NCBI GenBank assembly: GCA_038063415.1
Contig: JBBTVD010000003.1
Span: 8,489 to 72,488 of the forward strand
DNA: 64,000 nucleotides
Direction: 5' to 3'
DNA from: Patescibacteria group bacterium
Lineage (GTDB): Bacteria > Patescibacteriota > Microgenomatia > Levybacterales > UBA12049
The notes under the pieces were generated by a model. It worked only from the letters and a program-made list of their open reading frames with translations, did no database searches and had not been told where the DNA came from. This document shows, piece after piece, positions 8,070 through 17,491 of this stretch. Position 1 is the first letter of the stretch. Every line of letters starts with the position of its first letter. Position numbers and translations under genes: made by a program.

Positions 8070-8909
8070 ATGACTCAAATAATTAAGATTGATATCTTTA
8101 GGGGTAAAGAAATTAGAAAAATGATCTATCATAATGAATGGTGGTTTTCTATTGTCGATGTAATTGAAATACTAACAGGAACTGATAGACCAAGAAAATA
8201 TTGGAGTGATCTTAAGAAGAAGCTAATCCAAGAAGGATACCACGAGGTGTCCGAAAAAATCGGACAACTGAAATTAGAAGCAAAAGATGGTAAAAAATAT
8301 CTTACTGATTGTGCAAATACTGAGACACTTTTTCGTCTTATTCAATCAATACCCTCTCCCAAGGCTGAACCATTTAAACGCTGGTTAGCAAAAACAGGTT
8401 ATGAGAGAATCAAAGAAATAGAAGATCCTGAGATCGCAACAAAAAGAACAAAGGCCTTATATAAGGCAAAAGGTTATACAGATGATTGGATTGAAAAACG
8501 CATGCGAGGCATCGCGATCAGAGAAGAATTAACTGGCGAATGGAGAAAGAGAAAAGTTGGTGAAGATAAAGAATACGCTATCCTCACTGCTGAAATATCT
8601 AAGGCTACTTTTGGGATGACACCTTCACAATATAAAAAATTTAAGGGTTTAGAGAGAGAAAATTTACGGGATCACATGACCGATCTAGAACTAATCTTCT
8701 CTATGCTTGGTGAAGCATCTACTACTGAAATTACAAAGAATAAGGATGCACAAGGATTCAATCAAAATAAAAAGGCTGCAAAAGCAGGCGGTAGTATTGC
8801 AGGAAATGCCCGAAAAGCATTGGAAGAAAAAAGTGGGAAAAAGATATCAGTTAAACAAAATTATCTTACCGAAACACAAAAGAAATCGAAAAAAAACTAC
8901 ATTACTTAA
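8070..8909 (+). CDS. DinD-like DNA-damage-inducible protein D family protein with an N-terminal Bro-N domain.
   Basis: The N-terminus WFSIVDVIEILTGTD...FRLIQSIPSPKAEPFKRW is Bro-N-like. The C-terminal half (KGYTDDWIEKRMRGIAIREELT...FKGLERENLRDHMTDLELIF...) parallels E. coli DinD. Confidence 0.6.
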   Translation: MTQIIKIDIFRGKEIRKMIYHNEWWFSIVDVIEILTGTDRPRKYWSDLKKKLIQEGYHEVSEKIGQLKLEAKDGKKYLTDCANTETLFRLIQSIPSPKAEPFKRWLAKTGYERIKEIEDPEIATKRTKALYKAKGYTDDWIEKRMRGIAIREELTGEWRKRKVGEDKEYAILTAEISKATFGMTPSQYKKFKGLERENLRDHMTDLELIFSMLGEASTTEITKNKDAQGFNQNKKAAKAGGSIAGNARKALEEKSGKKISVKQNYLTETQKKSKKNYIT

Positions 8910-9876
8910 GGTACTTTTTAATCTCCCTAACAACCTTCTGTGCGTCATGATAAAGCGGATAGGAATTATCAACCACATCAGCCGAGATAATCATCGTATC
9001 CGATGCAGCTTGATCCATCTGTACGTACGTATAATGATACGGGAGCTCGTTTGCCATATTGTTATTGACGAGTACCGTATCAAAAGGAAATACTCCCAGA
9101 TGCCGTACCACGGAGTGGATAAAATCAGTAACGACATACCCTTTGGTCTCAAAAGGCTTATTGGCAATGTTGATAATAAAGAGCTTCTTTTTAGCTGTCT
9201 TTTTGAGGAAATCTGCAACTCCAGGGACAATGAGCACAGGAAGGACATTGGTATAGAGATCCCCAGGTCCAGCAATGATTGCCTCGGCGGCATCAAGAGC
9301 TTTGAGCGCATCCGCTGAGACATTTGGCTCCTTGGGATTGAGAAAAATCTTATCAATTGACCACGGCTTAGGGTATTTCCCAAGATCAATTGTCTCCTCG
9401 CCTGCAATGACACGGCCATCAACAAGTTTTGCCGAAAGTGTTACTGCTTCTGTCGTAGCCGGATAGATACGTGATTTTACTTGAAAAAGATCTCGAAGCA
9501 AATCAATACCTCCCTGGAAGCTCCCTGCTACTTGCTCTGCTGCAACCATCAACAGATTGCCTACTTTTTGCCCACCAAGATCCTTGTCCTTTCCATAACG
9601 ATCACCGGGGAAACGATAGGTTAAGAGCTTACTAAAAGCTGGGTTACTGGTTGATGAAGCAACTGATGAGACAACATCCCCCGGAGGCATAACCTCATAC
9701 AATCGACGTAGTCTCCCGGCAGAACCACCATCATCAGCCATGGAGACAATAATCGTAATAGCTGAAGTGTAGTGATGCAGACCCTTGACCAAATTCATGG
9801 TACCAATTCCGCCTCCCAAACAGACGATTTTTTTGCTACTCATGTCCTGGATGATACTATACTTCTCGGGTTTCAC
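8902..9876 (-). CDS. yvcK: Gluconeogenesis factor YvcK (CofD-like, UPF0052).
   Basis: VCLGGGIGTMNL and SMADDGGSAGRLRR are the signature of the YvcK/CofD family. Confidence 0.85.
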   Translation of the reverse strand: MKPEKYSIIQDMSSKKIVCLGGGIGTMNLVKGLHHYTSAITIIVSMADDGGSAGRLRRLYEVMPPGDVVSSVASSTSNPAFSKLLTYRFPGDRYGKDKDLGGQKVGNLLMVAAEQVAGSFQGGIDLLRDLFQVKSRIYPATTEAVTLSAKLVDGRVIAGEETIDLGKYPKPWSIDKIFLNPKEPNVSADALKALDAAEAIIAGPGDLYTNVLPVLIVPGVADFLKKTAKKKLFIINIANKPFETKGYVVTDFIHSVVRHLGVFPFDTVLVNNNMANELPYHYTYVQMDQAASDTMIISADVVDNSYPLYHDAQKVVREIKKYLK

Positions 9877-9888
9877 GCAAGCACTATC

Positions 9889-10317
9889 TTATCTCTGTTG
9901 ACGAATCATCCCCCCGATAGAAATTGTTTGTGCAGTGACGCTTCCATCTGACCCTTCCGTACCAAAGGCGGCAATCTGTTCACCTTCTTGCAAGTCAGAT
10001 TTTGCTCCTTCTGATGCTTTGTTTATCCTGGTTTCATCAGAAAAAATAATAATCTTACTGCTGCCATCCGGTGTTTGGATTGTAATACTTGTGTCATCAA
10101 CACCCGTAATCTCACCATTTACTGGCTTCATGCCTTGCATTTGCCCAGCACCTTGGCCCGCGGAACCACCTTGCCGGATCATCATTTTCCCTTCTTCAGG
10201 TGCTCCCATGACAAGTTTGGGTTGCTGATTTTTTTGATACTGAACACCTCCATAAAAAGCTCCAGCACCCACCAGAATTGCAATGGCAATTGTAATAAAT
10301 ATACTCTGTTGTTTCAT
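9889..10317 (-). CDS. Secreted hypothetical protein, possibly DUF5666-like.
   Basis: It has the signal peptide MKQQSIFITIAIAILVGAGAFYGG and a Gly/Gln-rich linker. It is the last gene of the ABC efflux operon. Confidence 0.45.
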   Translation of the reverse strand: MKQQSIFITIAIAILVGAGAFYGGVQYQKNQQPKLVMGAPEEGKMMIRQGGSAGQGAGQMQGMKPVNGEITGVDDTSITIQTPDGSSKIIIFSDETRINKASEGAKSDLQEGEQIAAFGTEGSDGSVTAQTISIGGMIRQQR

Positions 10318-10334
10318 AATTATTCACCCCCTTT

Positions 10335-10396
10335 CTATTCATATCTCAGCGCTTCAATCGGTTGCAAATTTGCCGCACGGCGTGCAGGCCCGCCTG
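10335..10396 (-). pseudogene. Remnant 3' end of a second MacB/FtsX-type permease gene (about 20 codons plus stop).
   Basis: The minus-strand frame reads ...GGPARRAANLQPIEALRYE*, against the intact permease C-terminus YPARKASNMQPIEALRYE*. The two are about 70% nt identical over roughly 47 nt. Confidence 0.5.
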
Positions 10397-10434
10397 CCAC
10401 GCAGACTCTAAAACGTAACACTACTCTTATATTC

Positions 10435-11658
10435 CTACTCGTACCTCAGGGCCTCTATCGGCTGCATGTTCGAGGCTTTGCGGGCAGGGTACCAGCCAAA
10501 AAGCACACCTATCCCTCCAGATACTGCAAAAGCAAGCAAAATGGAAGGGAAAGAAACGACAAATAACGAATCAGTAAATGACGAGTACAGATATGAAAGC
10601 GATACGCCAAGAGCAATACCAATCATTCCTCCTGTAAAGGTCAAAATAACTGATTCAAACAAAAATTGCATAATAATTTCTTTTTTCTTTGCACCAAGTG
10701 CTTTGCGAAGACCAATCTCCCGGGTTCTTTCGGTAACCGTGACAAGCATGATATTCATAATCCCAATCCCTCCGACAAGTAAAGAAATAGCCGCAACTCC
10801 TGACAAAAGCGTCGTAAACGTTGCTGTGGTTGAGGAGGCCGTATTGAGGATATCTTGCTGTGAAATAATAGAGAAATCTTTTTCGGTTGGATCTGCGAGC
10901 TTATGTCGTGATAATAATAGATAACCAACTTGGTTTTGGGCAGCTGTCATTACTTCTGCCGACGTTGCCTCAAGAGCAATCGAAGACACGTAATTCACCC
11001 CAAAAAGCTGCTTTTGTGCTGTTGAGAGTGGGACGAACACCACATCATCTTGATTCATGAAACCTGTTCCTCCTTTGGCAGCTGTCACACCAATGACGGT
11101 AATTGTTTGTCCGTTAATCCTAATCGTCTGTCCAATTGGATTGGTATTTTCACCAAAAAGAGTGGTTACCGTGGTTGGACCCAATACTGCTACTTTTGCA
11201 ATCCCACTATCATCTCGTTCACTGATAAATGCACCTGAAGCGACAGTTGTTTTATGGACAGTTGCATACTCAGGAGTGGCACCGATAACTTGTGTATTGG
11301 TATTATTTCTCCCCGCAGTTATTTGACCTTGGCTTCGATACTCAGGAGAAACTGTTTGCACTGTCGTAATTTGCCCCGAGGTGACAATAGCTTTAGCATC
11401 TTCACGAGTAAGTGTCGTTCCTCCTCCAGCCGCCCCTTGTACTGTACCAGAACGCTGTCCCGACGGCTGTACTGTTAATAAGTTTGAACCCAACGACTGA
11501 ATTTGGCTTTGGATGGTTTGCTGCGTAGCCTGCCCAAGTGAAATAAGCGCGATAACACTCGCAATACCAATGACAATGCCAAGGGTCGCAAGACCAGTCC
11601 GCAGCTTGTTGACGGTTAATGTCTGTAAACTTTCAAGAAATGTTTCGATAACATCCAT
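10435..11658 (-). CDS. ABC transporter permease of the MacB/FtsX family.
   Basis: It has an N-terminal TM helix, a large periplasmic domain and a C-terminal FtsX 4-TM domain, and follows the ATPase gene. Confidence 0.85.
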   Translation of the reverse strand: MDVIETFLESLQTLTVNKLRTGLATLGIVIGIASVIALISLGQATQQTIQSQIQSLGSNLLTVQPSGQRSGTVQGAAGGGTTLTREDAKAIVTSGQITTVQTVSPEYRSQGQITAGRNNTNTQVIGATPEYATVHKTTVASGAFISERDDSGIAKVAVLGPTTVTTLFGENTNPIGQTIRINGQTITVIGVTAAKGGTGFMNQDDVVFVPLSTAQKQLFGVNYVSSIALEATSAEVMTAAQNQVGYLLLSRHKLADPTEKDFSIISQQDILNTASSTTATFTTLLSGVAAISLLVGGIGIMNIMLVTVTERTREIGLRKALGAKKKEIIMQFLFESVILTFTGGMIGIALGVSLSYLYSSFTDSLFVVSFPSILLAFAVSGGIGVLFGWYPARKASNMQPIEALRYE

Positions 11659-11669
11659 ACGCTTCTTAC

Positions 11670-12377
11670 TTAATTTTTTATTCTCCTCTGCTTCTCATTT
11701 TTACGATCATCAACCAATTTACCATCTCGTATGGTAATGATTCGCTTAGCATGAGCTGCGATATCCGGCTCATGAGTAATCATCACAATAGTATGCCCTT
11801 GTTCATTAATCTGTTGAAAGATCTCCATTACTTCGTTAGCCTGATTGGAAGCAATATTGCCTGTTGGCTCATCAGCAAGGAGAATACTTGGATTCATCGC
11901 AAGACCCCGAGCTATTGCCACCCGCTGCTGTTGTCCACCAGATAGCTGATTTGAGGTATGATTGAGTCGCTCACCAAGCCCAACCATCGTAAGATATTTC
12001 TGTGCAATCGTAAGCCTCTTTTCTTTTGGGATGCCAGCATACCGCATGGGGAGCATAACATTTTGCAGAGCAGTAGTACGAGGAAGTAAATTAAAGGCTT
12101 GAAAGATGAAACCAATTTTTTTATTGCGAATTTCTGCTAGTTCATCATCTTGTAATGTACTCACATTTTCTCCATCCAGAATATATTCACCACTTGTTGG
12201 TGTATCAAGCGCACCCAGGATATGCATAAGTGTTGATTTGCCGCTTCCTGAAGGTCCCATGATCGCGACAAACTCACCTTTTGCAATAGTAAAAGAAACT
12301 CCTGCAAGTGCAGTCGTCTCAAGAACACCTGTTTTATATACTTTGGACAGATTGTTTGCTTGGATAATGGTTGTCAT
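11670..12377 (-). CDS. ABC transporter ATP-binding protein (MacB/LolD-like).
   Basis: It carries Walker [10 protein letters not shown], the signature [15 protein letters not shown] and Walker B LLADEPTG. Confidence 0.9.
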   Translation of the reverse strand: MTTIIQANNLSKVYKTGVLETTALAGVSFTIAKGEFVAIMGPSGSGKSTLMHILGALDTPTSGEYILDGENVSTLQDDELAEIRNKKIGFIFQAFNLLPRTTALQNVMLPMRYAGIPKEKRLTIAQKYLTMVGLGERLNHTSNQLSGGQQQRVAIARGLAMNPSILLADEPTGNIASNQANEVMEIFQQINEQGHTIVMITHEPDIAAHAKRIITIRDGKLVDDRKNEKQRRIKN

Positions 12378-12378
12378 A

Positions 12379-13707
12379 TTATCTTCGTATCATCATACCG
12401 CCACCACCAAGCCCTGTCCCGCCAAATGGAGAAGTGGTACTCGTACTATTCGTATTCCCTGTCGAAGAAGTACTCGTAACAACGGTATCTCCTGAGGTAA
12501 GACCAGACGTTATTGCTGTTTGGGTATCATTTGATTTGCCAACCTCTACCGTAACAGTAGATAGTTTACCCTCTTTTACCACTCTCACGGTAGAAGTACC
12601 ATTGCTTGTTTGTAGAGCACTTGAAGGGATCAAGAGAACATTTGACTGTATATCGGTAATAATGTTGGCACTCACAGCCATATTGGGATAAATAGTCTCA
12701 ATCGTTGTCTCATCAAAAATGATCGTCGTTGGATAGGTTGTCACGCCTGAAGAGACACTTCCATTTGTATTGATCGCAGCAACTTTGCCAGTAAAAGTTT
12801 TGTCTGGAAAGGCATCAAGGGTAAGGGTCACTTTTTGCCCCGGTTTTACTTGCGTGACATCAATCTCTGAAAGATTGACACTTGCTTGCAAGATTCCTCC
12901 TTCCATTGCAATCATGCCATATGACTGAGTGGAGGAAGTATTTGTCGTAGAACTGCTGCTCTCCGTCGAGTTAGAACTAGAAGAATCACTCGAGGCAATT
13001 GCAAGTCCTGGCGTCAAGGCAAGATTACTAACTGTTCCAGCAGATGGAGCCGTAATGGTCGAGGAGGTTTGCTCATAGGTCAACCAACTAGAGGTCACTT
13101 GTGCGTTTGCAGCAGCTATCGCCGCATCTGCTTCTTTGTAGGTCTTTTCAGCAGCAGCAAAAGATTTCTGTGACTGAATAAGCGATGATTCTATATTTTG
13201 TTTTTCGAGATCGGTATAGGTATTTTGGGTTTCTGGGTTAGTTGTATTGTCATTTTTATAATTAATGTCATTCTGGGCGCTAACAACCGATTGCTGTGCC
13301 GTCCACATGGACGCATCTGCTGAAATTTTTTGTTGTTCGGCTTGTTTGAGCGAGTTAACCGCAGAAAGGTAGCTGGCATAGGCAGTCGCCTGATTTTGCT
13401 CTGTTTCTTTATCTGGGGTAATTACGGCAATCGTTTGCCCTTCCGTAACAGCATCTCCATTGGCTACGTACACCTCTTTTACAACACCGGTTGCTGAGGT
13501 CGTAATACTCCCACTATTTCCTGAAGAGATAGTACCCGATGCGGTTACACGTGAAACTAAGCTACCTTTTTCAACTGTTGCCGTTTGGTATTGTGGTTCC
13601 TCAGCTTTTTGCCCCAAGAAACTAAAACTCAAGAATCCGATTAGAGCAGCAAGAAGAATGACGATCAGTCCTTTTTTGATAAAAGATGCTTTTATTTTAT
13701 TTCTCAT
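12379..13707 (-). CDS. Periplasmic adaptor (HlyD/MacA-like membrane fusion protein).
   Basis: It has a TM anchor, a biotinyl/lipoyl-like region (TATVEKGSLVSRVTASGTI), a coiled coil and a beta-barrel region (VKPGQKVTLTLDAFPDKTFTGKV). The C-terminus is S/T-rich and ends GGTGLGGGGMMIRR. Confidence 0.75.
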   Translation of the reverse strand: MRNKIKASFIKKGLIVILLAALIGFLSFSFLGQKAEEPQYQTATVEKGSLVSRVTASGTISSGNSGSITTSATGVVKEVYVANGDAVTEGQTIAVITPDKETEQNQATAYASYLSAVNSLKQAEQQKISADASMWTAQQSVVSAQNDINYKNDNTTNPETQNTYTDLEKQNIESSLIQSQKSFAAAEKTYKEADAAIAAANAQVTSSWLTYEQTSSTITAPSAGTVSNLALTPGLAIASSDSSSSNSTESSSSTTNTSSTQSYGMIAMEGGILQASVNLSEIDVTQVKPGQKVTLTLDAFPDKTFTGKVAAINTNGSVSSGVTTYPTTIIFDETTIETIYPNMAVSANIITDIQSNVLLIPSSALQTSNGTSTVRVVKEGKLSTVTVEVGKSNDTQTAITSGLTSGDTVVTSTSSTGNTNSTSTTSPFGGTGLGGGGMMIRR

Positions 13708-13832
13708 GTTGAAAGTATACTTATAGTCCTCTGAGAAAATGCTGAGATAGAAAACTTATTGACAGTAGCGGGGAGGGAAATTTGTGGTTGGAATTCCAGA
13801 GACGACTGTCCTCTAAATTGCTTCTACTAGCC

Positions 13833-13861
13833 TTGACATATCTCATAGTAAGGGGTATAAT
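13833..13861 (+). promoter_or_regulatory. Consensus sigma70 promoter, TTGACA-17-TATAAT, driving the sugar-nucleotide operon as a leaderless transcript.
   Basis: TTGACA is at 13833-13838 and TATAAT at 13856-13861 with a 17-nt spacer. The ATG at 13870 lies 8 nt after the -10 box and has no SD. Confidence 0.55.
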
Positions 13862-13869
13862 TATAACCT

Positions 13870-14649
13870 ATGAAAGCAGTTATCCTCGCAGGCGGCTATG
13901 GCACCCGTATCAGTGAAGAAAGCCAAATCCGACCAAAACCAATGGTCGAGCTTGGTGGCAAGCCAATCCTCTGGCACATCATGAAGTTGTACTCTCATTA
14001 TGGAATTAATGATTTTGTAATTGCTTGTGGCTACAAATCACAAATTATCAAAGATTACTTTGCAAACTATACTCTCTATAACTCTGATGTTTCCTTTGAT
14101 ATGCAGAATAAATCTATGCAGATTCACAAAAATGATGCTGAGGATTGGAAAGTAACCCTAGTTGAAACTGGTGAAGGTTCTCTTACTGGTGGAAGAATCC
14201 TACGGATAAAAGACTATGTGGGTGATGAGGCTTTTTGTATGACGTATGGAGATGGACTGAGTGACGCCAATATAGCCAATGTCATTGATTTCCATAAAAA
14301 AGAAGGTAAACTTGCAACCGTACTTGCCGTACAGCCTCCGGGAAGATTTGGTATCTTTACGATGACTAAAGGAAGTAACGTCGTTGAACATTTCCGAGAA
14401 AAGCCTCAAGAAAACGAAAACTGGATCAATGGAGGATTTATGATACTTGAGCCAAAAGTGTTTGATTATATTGAAGGCGATAAAACAACCTTTGAGAAGG
14501 AACCTATGGAGCAGCTGGCAAAAGAAGGACAACTTGCCGCATTTCGTCACACAGGATTTTGGCAACCAATGGACACGCTTCGTGACAAAATGGTACTCGA
14601 AGAAATTTGGCAATCAGGGAAAGCCCCCTGGTATGTCTGGAAAAAATAA
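13870..14649 (+). CDS. rfbF: Glucose-1-phosphate cytidylyltransferase (RfbF/DdhA).
   Basis: [39 protein letters not shown]...GGFM is the classic RfbF family. The 259-aa length is typical. Confidence 0.85.
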   Translation: MKAVILAGGYGTRISEESQIRPKPMVELGGKPILWHIMKLYSHYGINDFVIACGYKSQIIKDYFANYTLYNSDVSFDMQNKSMQIHKNDAEDWKVTLVETGEGSLTGGRILRIKDYVGDEAFCMTYGDGLSDANIANVIDFHKKEGKLATVLAVQPPGRFGIFTMTKGSNVVEHFREKPQENENWINGGFMILEPKVFDYIEGDKTTFEKEPMEQLAKEGQLAAFRHTGFWQPMDTLRDKMVLEEIWQSGKAPWYVWKK

Positions 14650-14650
14650 T

Positions 14651-15688
14651 ATGAAAGTGTTAGTAACAGGTATTGATGGCTATATAGGTACAATTCTTGG
14701 CCAGACCCTTGTCACAGAGGGCTTTGACGTTGTTGGACTTGATACGGGCTTCTATCGCAATGGCTGGCTGTATAATGGCGTTAAGAAAGTTCCAAGCATT
14801 ATTACCAAAGACGTCAGAGACGTTACTATCGAAGATCTCAAAGGTTTTGACGCAGTAGTCCACCTCGCAGAACTTTCCAATGACCCTCTTGGACAAAACA
14901 ATCCTGAAGTAACCTACGATATTAACCATGATGGTACCGTACATCTTGCAAAGACAGCCAAAGAAGCTGGAGTGAAACGCTTTGTGTACTATTCATCATG
15001 TAGTGTCTATGGGGCATCTGATGGTATTAGTGATGAAACCTCCCCGACTAATCCACTGACTGCCTATGCCAAATGCAAAGTACTCAATGAAGAAGCTTTG
15101 ACAAAAATGGCTGATGAGAGCTTTACCCCAGTACTTTTCCGTAATGCAACAGTCTATGGAGCTTCCCCTCGTATGCGCTTTGATATTGCGGTCAATAACC
15201 TTTCAGGCGTTGCCTGGACCACCAAAGTTATTGCTCTTGAAAGCGACGGAAGTGCATGGAGACCATTTGTCCATGTACAAGATGTTTCTCATGCTACGGT
15301 CTGTGCACTAAGAGCTCCAAAAGAAGCTGTCCATAATCAAATCTTTAATGTCGGGACACAATCATCAAACTATACGATTAAAGAAATCGCTGATGAAATT
15401 AAAAAAGTCTTTACCGATTGCACGATTCATTTTAATAATTCGGTAACTGATACGAGAAATTATCGTGTATCTTTTGACAAGATTGCACAGAAGCTTCCTG
15501 GATTTAGGCCACAATATGCACTCAAAAAAGGGATAACTGAACTACAGACACTCTTTGGGCATATCGCACTTACCACAGCAATGTTTCAATCTTCTGGATA
15601 CACACGGCTCAAGCGAATCCAATACCTCAAGGACAGTAAACAAATTGACGAAAGGTTCTTTTGGACAAAGGAGAAAAATAATGTTTAA
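14651..15688 (+). CDS. NAD-dependent epimerase/dehydratase (extended SDR), a sugar-nucleotide modifying enzyme.
   Basis: It has the Rossmann motif VLVTGIDGYIG and the catalytic YAKCK (YxxxK) motif. The start is the ATG at 14651 rather than the upstream ORF-track start. Confidence 0.75.
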   Translation: MKVLVTGIDGYIGTILGQTLVTEGFDVVGLDTGFYRNGWLYNGVKKVPSIITKDVRDVTIEDLKGFDAVVHLAELSNDPLGQNNPEVTYDINHDGTVHLAKTAKEAGVKRFVYYSSCSVYGASDGISDETSPTNPLTAYAKCKVLNEEALTKMADESFTPVLFRNATVYGASPRMRFDIAVNNLSGVAWTTKVIALESDGSAWRPFVHVQDVSHATVCALRAPKEAVHNQIFNVGTQSSNYTIKEIADEIKKVFTDCTIHFNNSVTDTRNYRVSFDKIAQKLPGFRPQYALKKGITELQTLFGHIALTTAMFQSSGYTRLKRIQYLKDSKQIDERFFWTKEKNNV

Positions 15689-16211
15689 ACAAACCAACAT
15701 CGATGGTACTTATATCATTGAATCTCCGAAAGCATCCGACGACCGGGGCTTTTTTTTGAAGGCGTTTGACATGGACAAATTTAAAGAGCAAGGGCTTGAA
15801 TCTACGATTGTCCAACTCAATCTCTCGCATAACAATAGTAAGGGAACGATCCGTGGACTGCATTATCAAACAGAGCCAGCAGGTGAAGCAAAAATCATGC
15901 GTTGCATCAGAGGAAGTATCTTTTTTGCCGTGGTAGACATGCGTAAAGATTCTCCCACCTATCTTCAATGGGAAGGTTTTACCCTTTCTGAAGAGAATCA
16001 CTTGATGGTATACGTCCCCAAAGAATGTGCAACGGGCTATCAGGCGCTTGAAGATAATAGTCAAGCTCTCTATTCGAGTAGCAATACCTATGTACCAAAC
16101 AATGAAAATGGTGTACGATACAATGATCCCCGTATTGGCATTGATTGGCCTATGAAAGATACTGTTGTTGTTTCAGAAAAAGACCTACAGTGGGAGGATA
16201 TACAAGTATGA
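15681..16211 (+). CDS. dTDP/CDP-4-dehydro-6-deoxyhexose 3,5-epimerase-like cupin (RmlC family).
   Basis: MFKQTNIDGTYIIESPKASDDRGFFLKAFD...RGLHYQ...QALYSSSNTYVPNNENGVRYNDPRIGIDWP is the RmlC pattern. The RBS AGGAGAAAA precedes the ATG at 15681. Confidence 0.75.
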   Translation: MFKQTNIDGTYIIESPKASDDRGFFLKAFDMDKFKEQGLESTIVQLNLSHNNSKGTIRGLHYQTEPAGEAKIMRCIRGSIFFAVVDMRKDSPTYLQWEGFTLSEENHLMVYVPKECATGYQALEDNSQALYSSSNTYVPNNENGVRYNDPRIGIDWPMKDTVVVSEKDLQWEDIQV

Positions 16212-17491
16212 TGATTGTTGATACAGCATTACAACAGAGAGCTAAGGAGAATAAACCTATTCGAGTAGGTCTTGTAGGGGCTGGTTTTGCTGCTCGAGGA
16301 TTTGCCGCACAACTTATCGAAGGCACCCCAGGCTTGCGCCTGGTAGCCATTTGCAATAGGACCCTCTCCTACGCAGAGCAAGCCTATACAGATATGGGCA
16401 TTAGTTCCTTCGAAGTAGTAAAAGACAAAGAAGCTTTTCAGAAGGCCGTCCAAGACAAAAAAGATGTTATTACTACTGATCCAACACTTCTTTGTGAAAG
16501 CGACGAGGTCGATGTAATCGTCGAAGCAACAGGAAGTATCGACTATGGCGCAAAGGTCGTTATGGATGCAATCAAACATAAAAAACATGTTGTGCTGATA
16601 AATGCGGAACTTGATACAACGCTTGGACCAATACTTAAGCACTATGCTGACGAGGCAGGTGTCGTCTATACACAAGCTGATGGAGATCAACCAGCAGTCC
16701 TTATGAACTTGCTACGATATGTCCAGTTTCTGGGATTTAAACCAAAAGTGCTTGGTAATATCAAAAGTCTGCTTGACCACAAACGAACACCTGAAACGCA
16801 AAAAGGATGGGCAGATGCTCATTTCCAACGCCCGGTTATGGTGACATCGTTTGCCGATGGAACCAAAATTTCGTATGAAATGGCAACCCTTGCCAATGCT
16901 ACCGGCTTTGGTGTCGGAACTCGAGGAATGTATGGACCCAAAACTGATCGTGTAGAGCATGCACCAAAGGTCTTTACTGACGAGATGATTGGCAATGGTA
17001 TTGTTGATTATGTTATTGGGGCAGAACCATCATTTGGGGTGTTCGTTCTTGCAACCACAGACAATCCTATCAAAAAAAGGTATATGCAGGTTTACAAAAT
17101 GACCGAGGGGCCACTGTATACTTTTTATGTCCCCTATCACCTTTCTCCACTTGAAGCACCTCTTTCAGTAGCTCGTGCTGCACTTTTTGCAGATAGTGCC
17201 CTTACGCCAAAAGGCTATACCTGTGATGTGGTGGCCGTAACCAAAAAAGCACTCAAAAAAGGCGAGGTACTTGATGGTATTGGCGGATTCTGCTGCTACG
17301 GAGATATCGATAATACCTCAACCATGCAACAAGAAAATCTCATCCCGATGGGTCTTATTGAAGGATGTATGCTCAAAAAGGATCTGCCAGAAGGCTATGC
17401 GATTTCCTATGATGATGTTATAATCCCTGAAGGTCGAATGAGTGATGCGCTTAAAAAAGAGCAAAATGAACTGATGAAAGGTACAAAATGA
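16208..17491 (+). CDS. NAD(P)-binding oxidoreductase with a C-terminal SAF domain (COG4091 'predicted homoserine dehydrogenase'-like).
   Basis: It has the Rossmann motif IRVGLVGAGFAARGF and a C-terminal SAF-like region. Its start overlaps the previous gene's stop (ATGATGA). Confidence 0.55.
   Translation: MMIVDTALQQRAKENKPIRVGLVGAGFAARGFAAQLIEGTPGLRLVAICNRTLSYAEQAYTDMGISSFEVVKDKEAFQKAVQDKKDVITTDPTLLCESDEVDVIVEATGSIDYGAKVVMDAIKHKKHVVLINAELDTTLGPILKHYADEAGVVYTQADGDQPAVLMNLLRYVQFLGFKPKVLGNIKSLLDHKRTPETQKGWADAHFQRPVMVTSFADGTKISYEMATLANATGFGVGTRGMYGPKTDRVEHAPKVFTDEMIGNGIVDYVIGAEPSFGVFVLATTDNPIKKRYMQVYKMTEGPLYTFYVPYHLSPLEAPLSVARAALFADSALTPKGYTCDVVAVTKKALKKGEVLDGIGGFCCYGDIDNTSTMQQENLIPMGLIEGCMLKKDLPEGYAISYDDVIIPEGRMSDALKKEQNELMKGTK

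Noticed and set aside
14447-14650. The long N-terminal extension of the SDR gene (ORF-track start 14447) and of the SAF oxidoreductase (16145).
   Set aside because: The extensions overlap the 3' ends of upstream genes in other frames. Homology begins at the internal ATGs (14651 and 16208), which are coupled to upstream stops.
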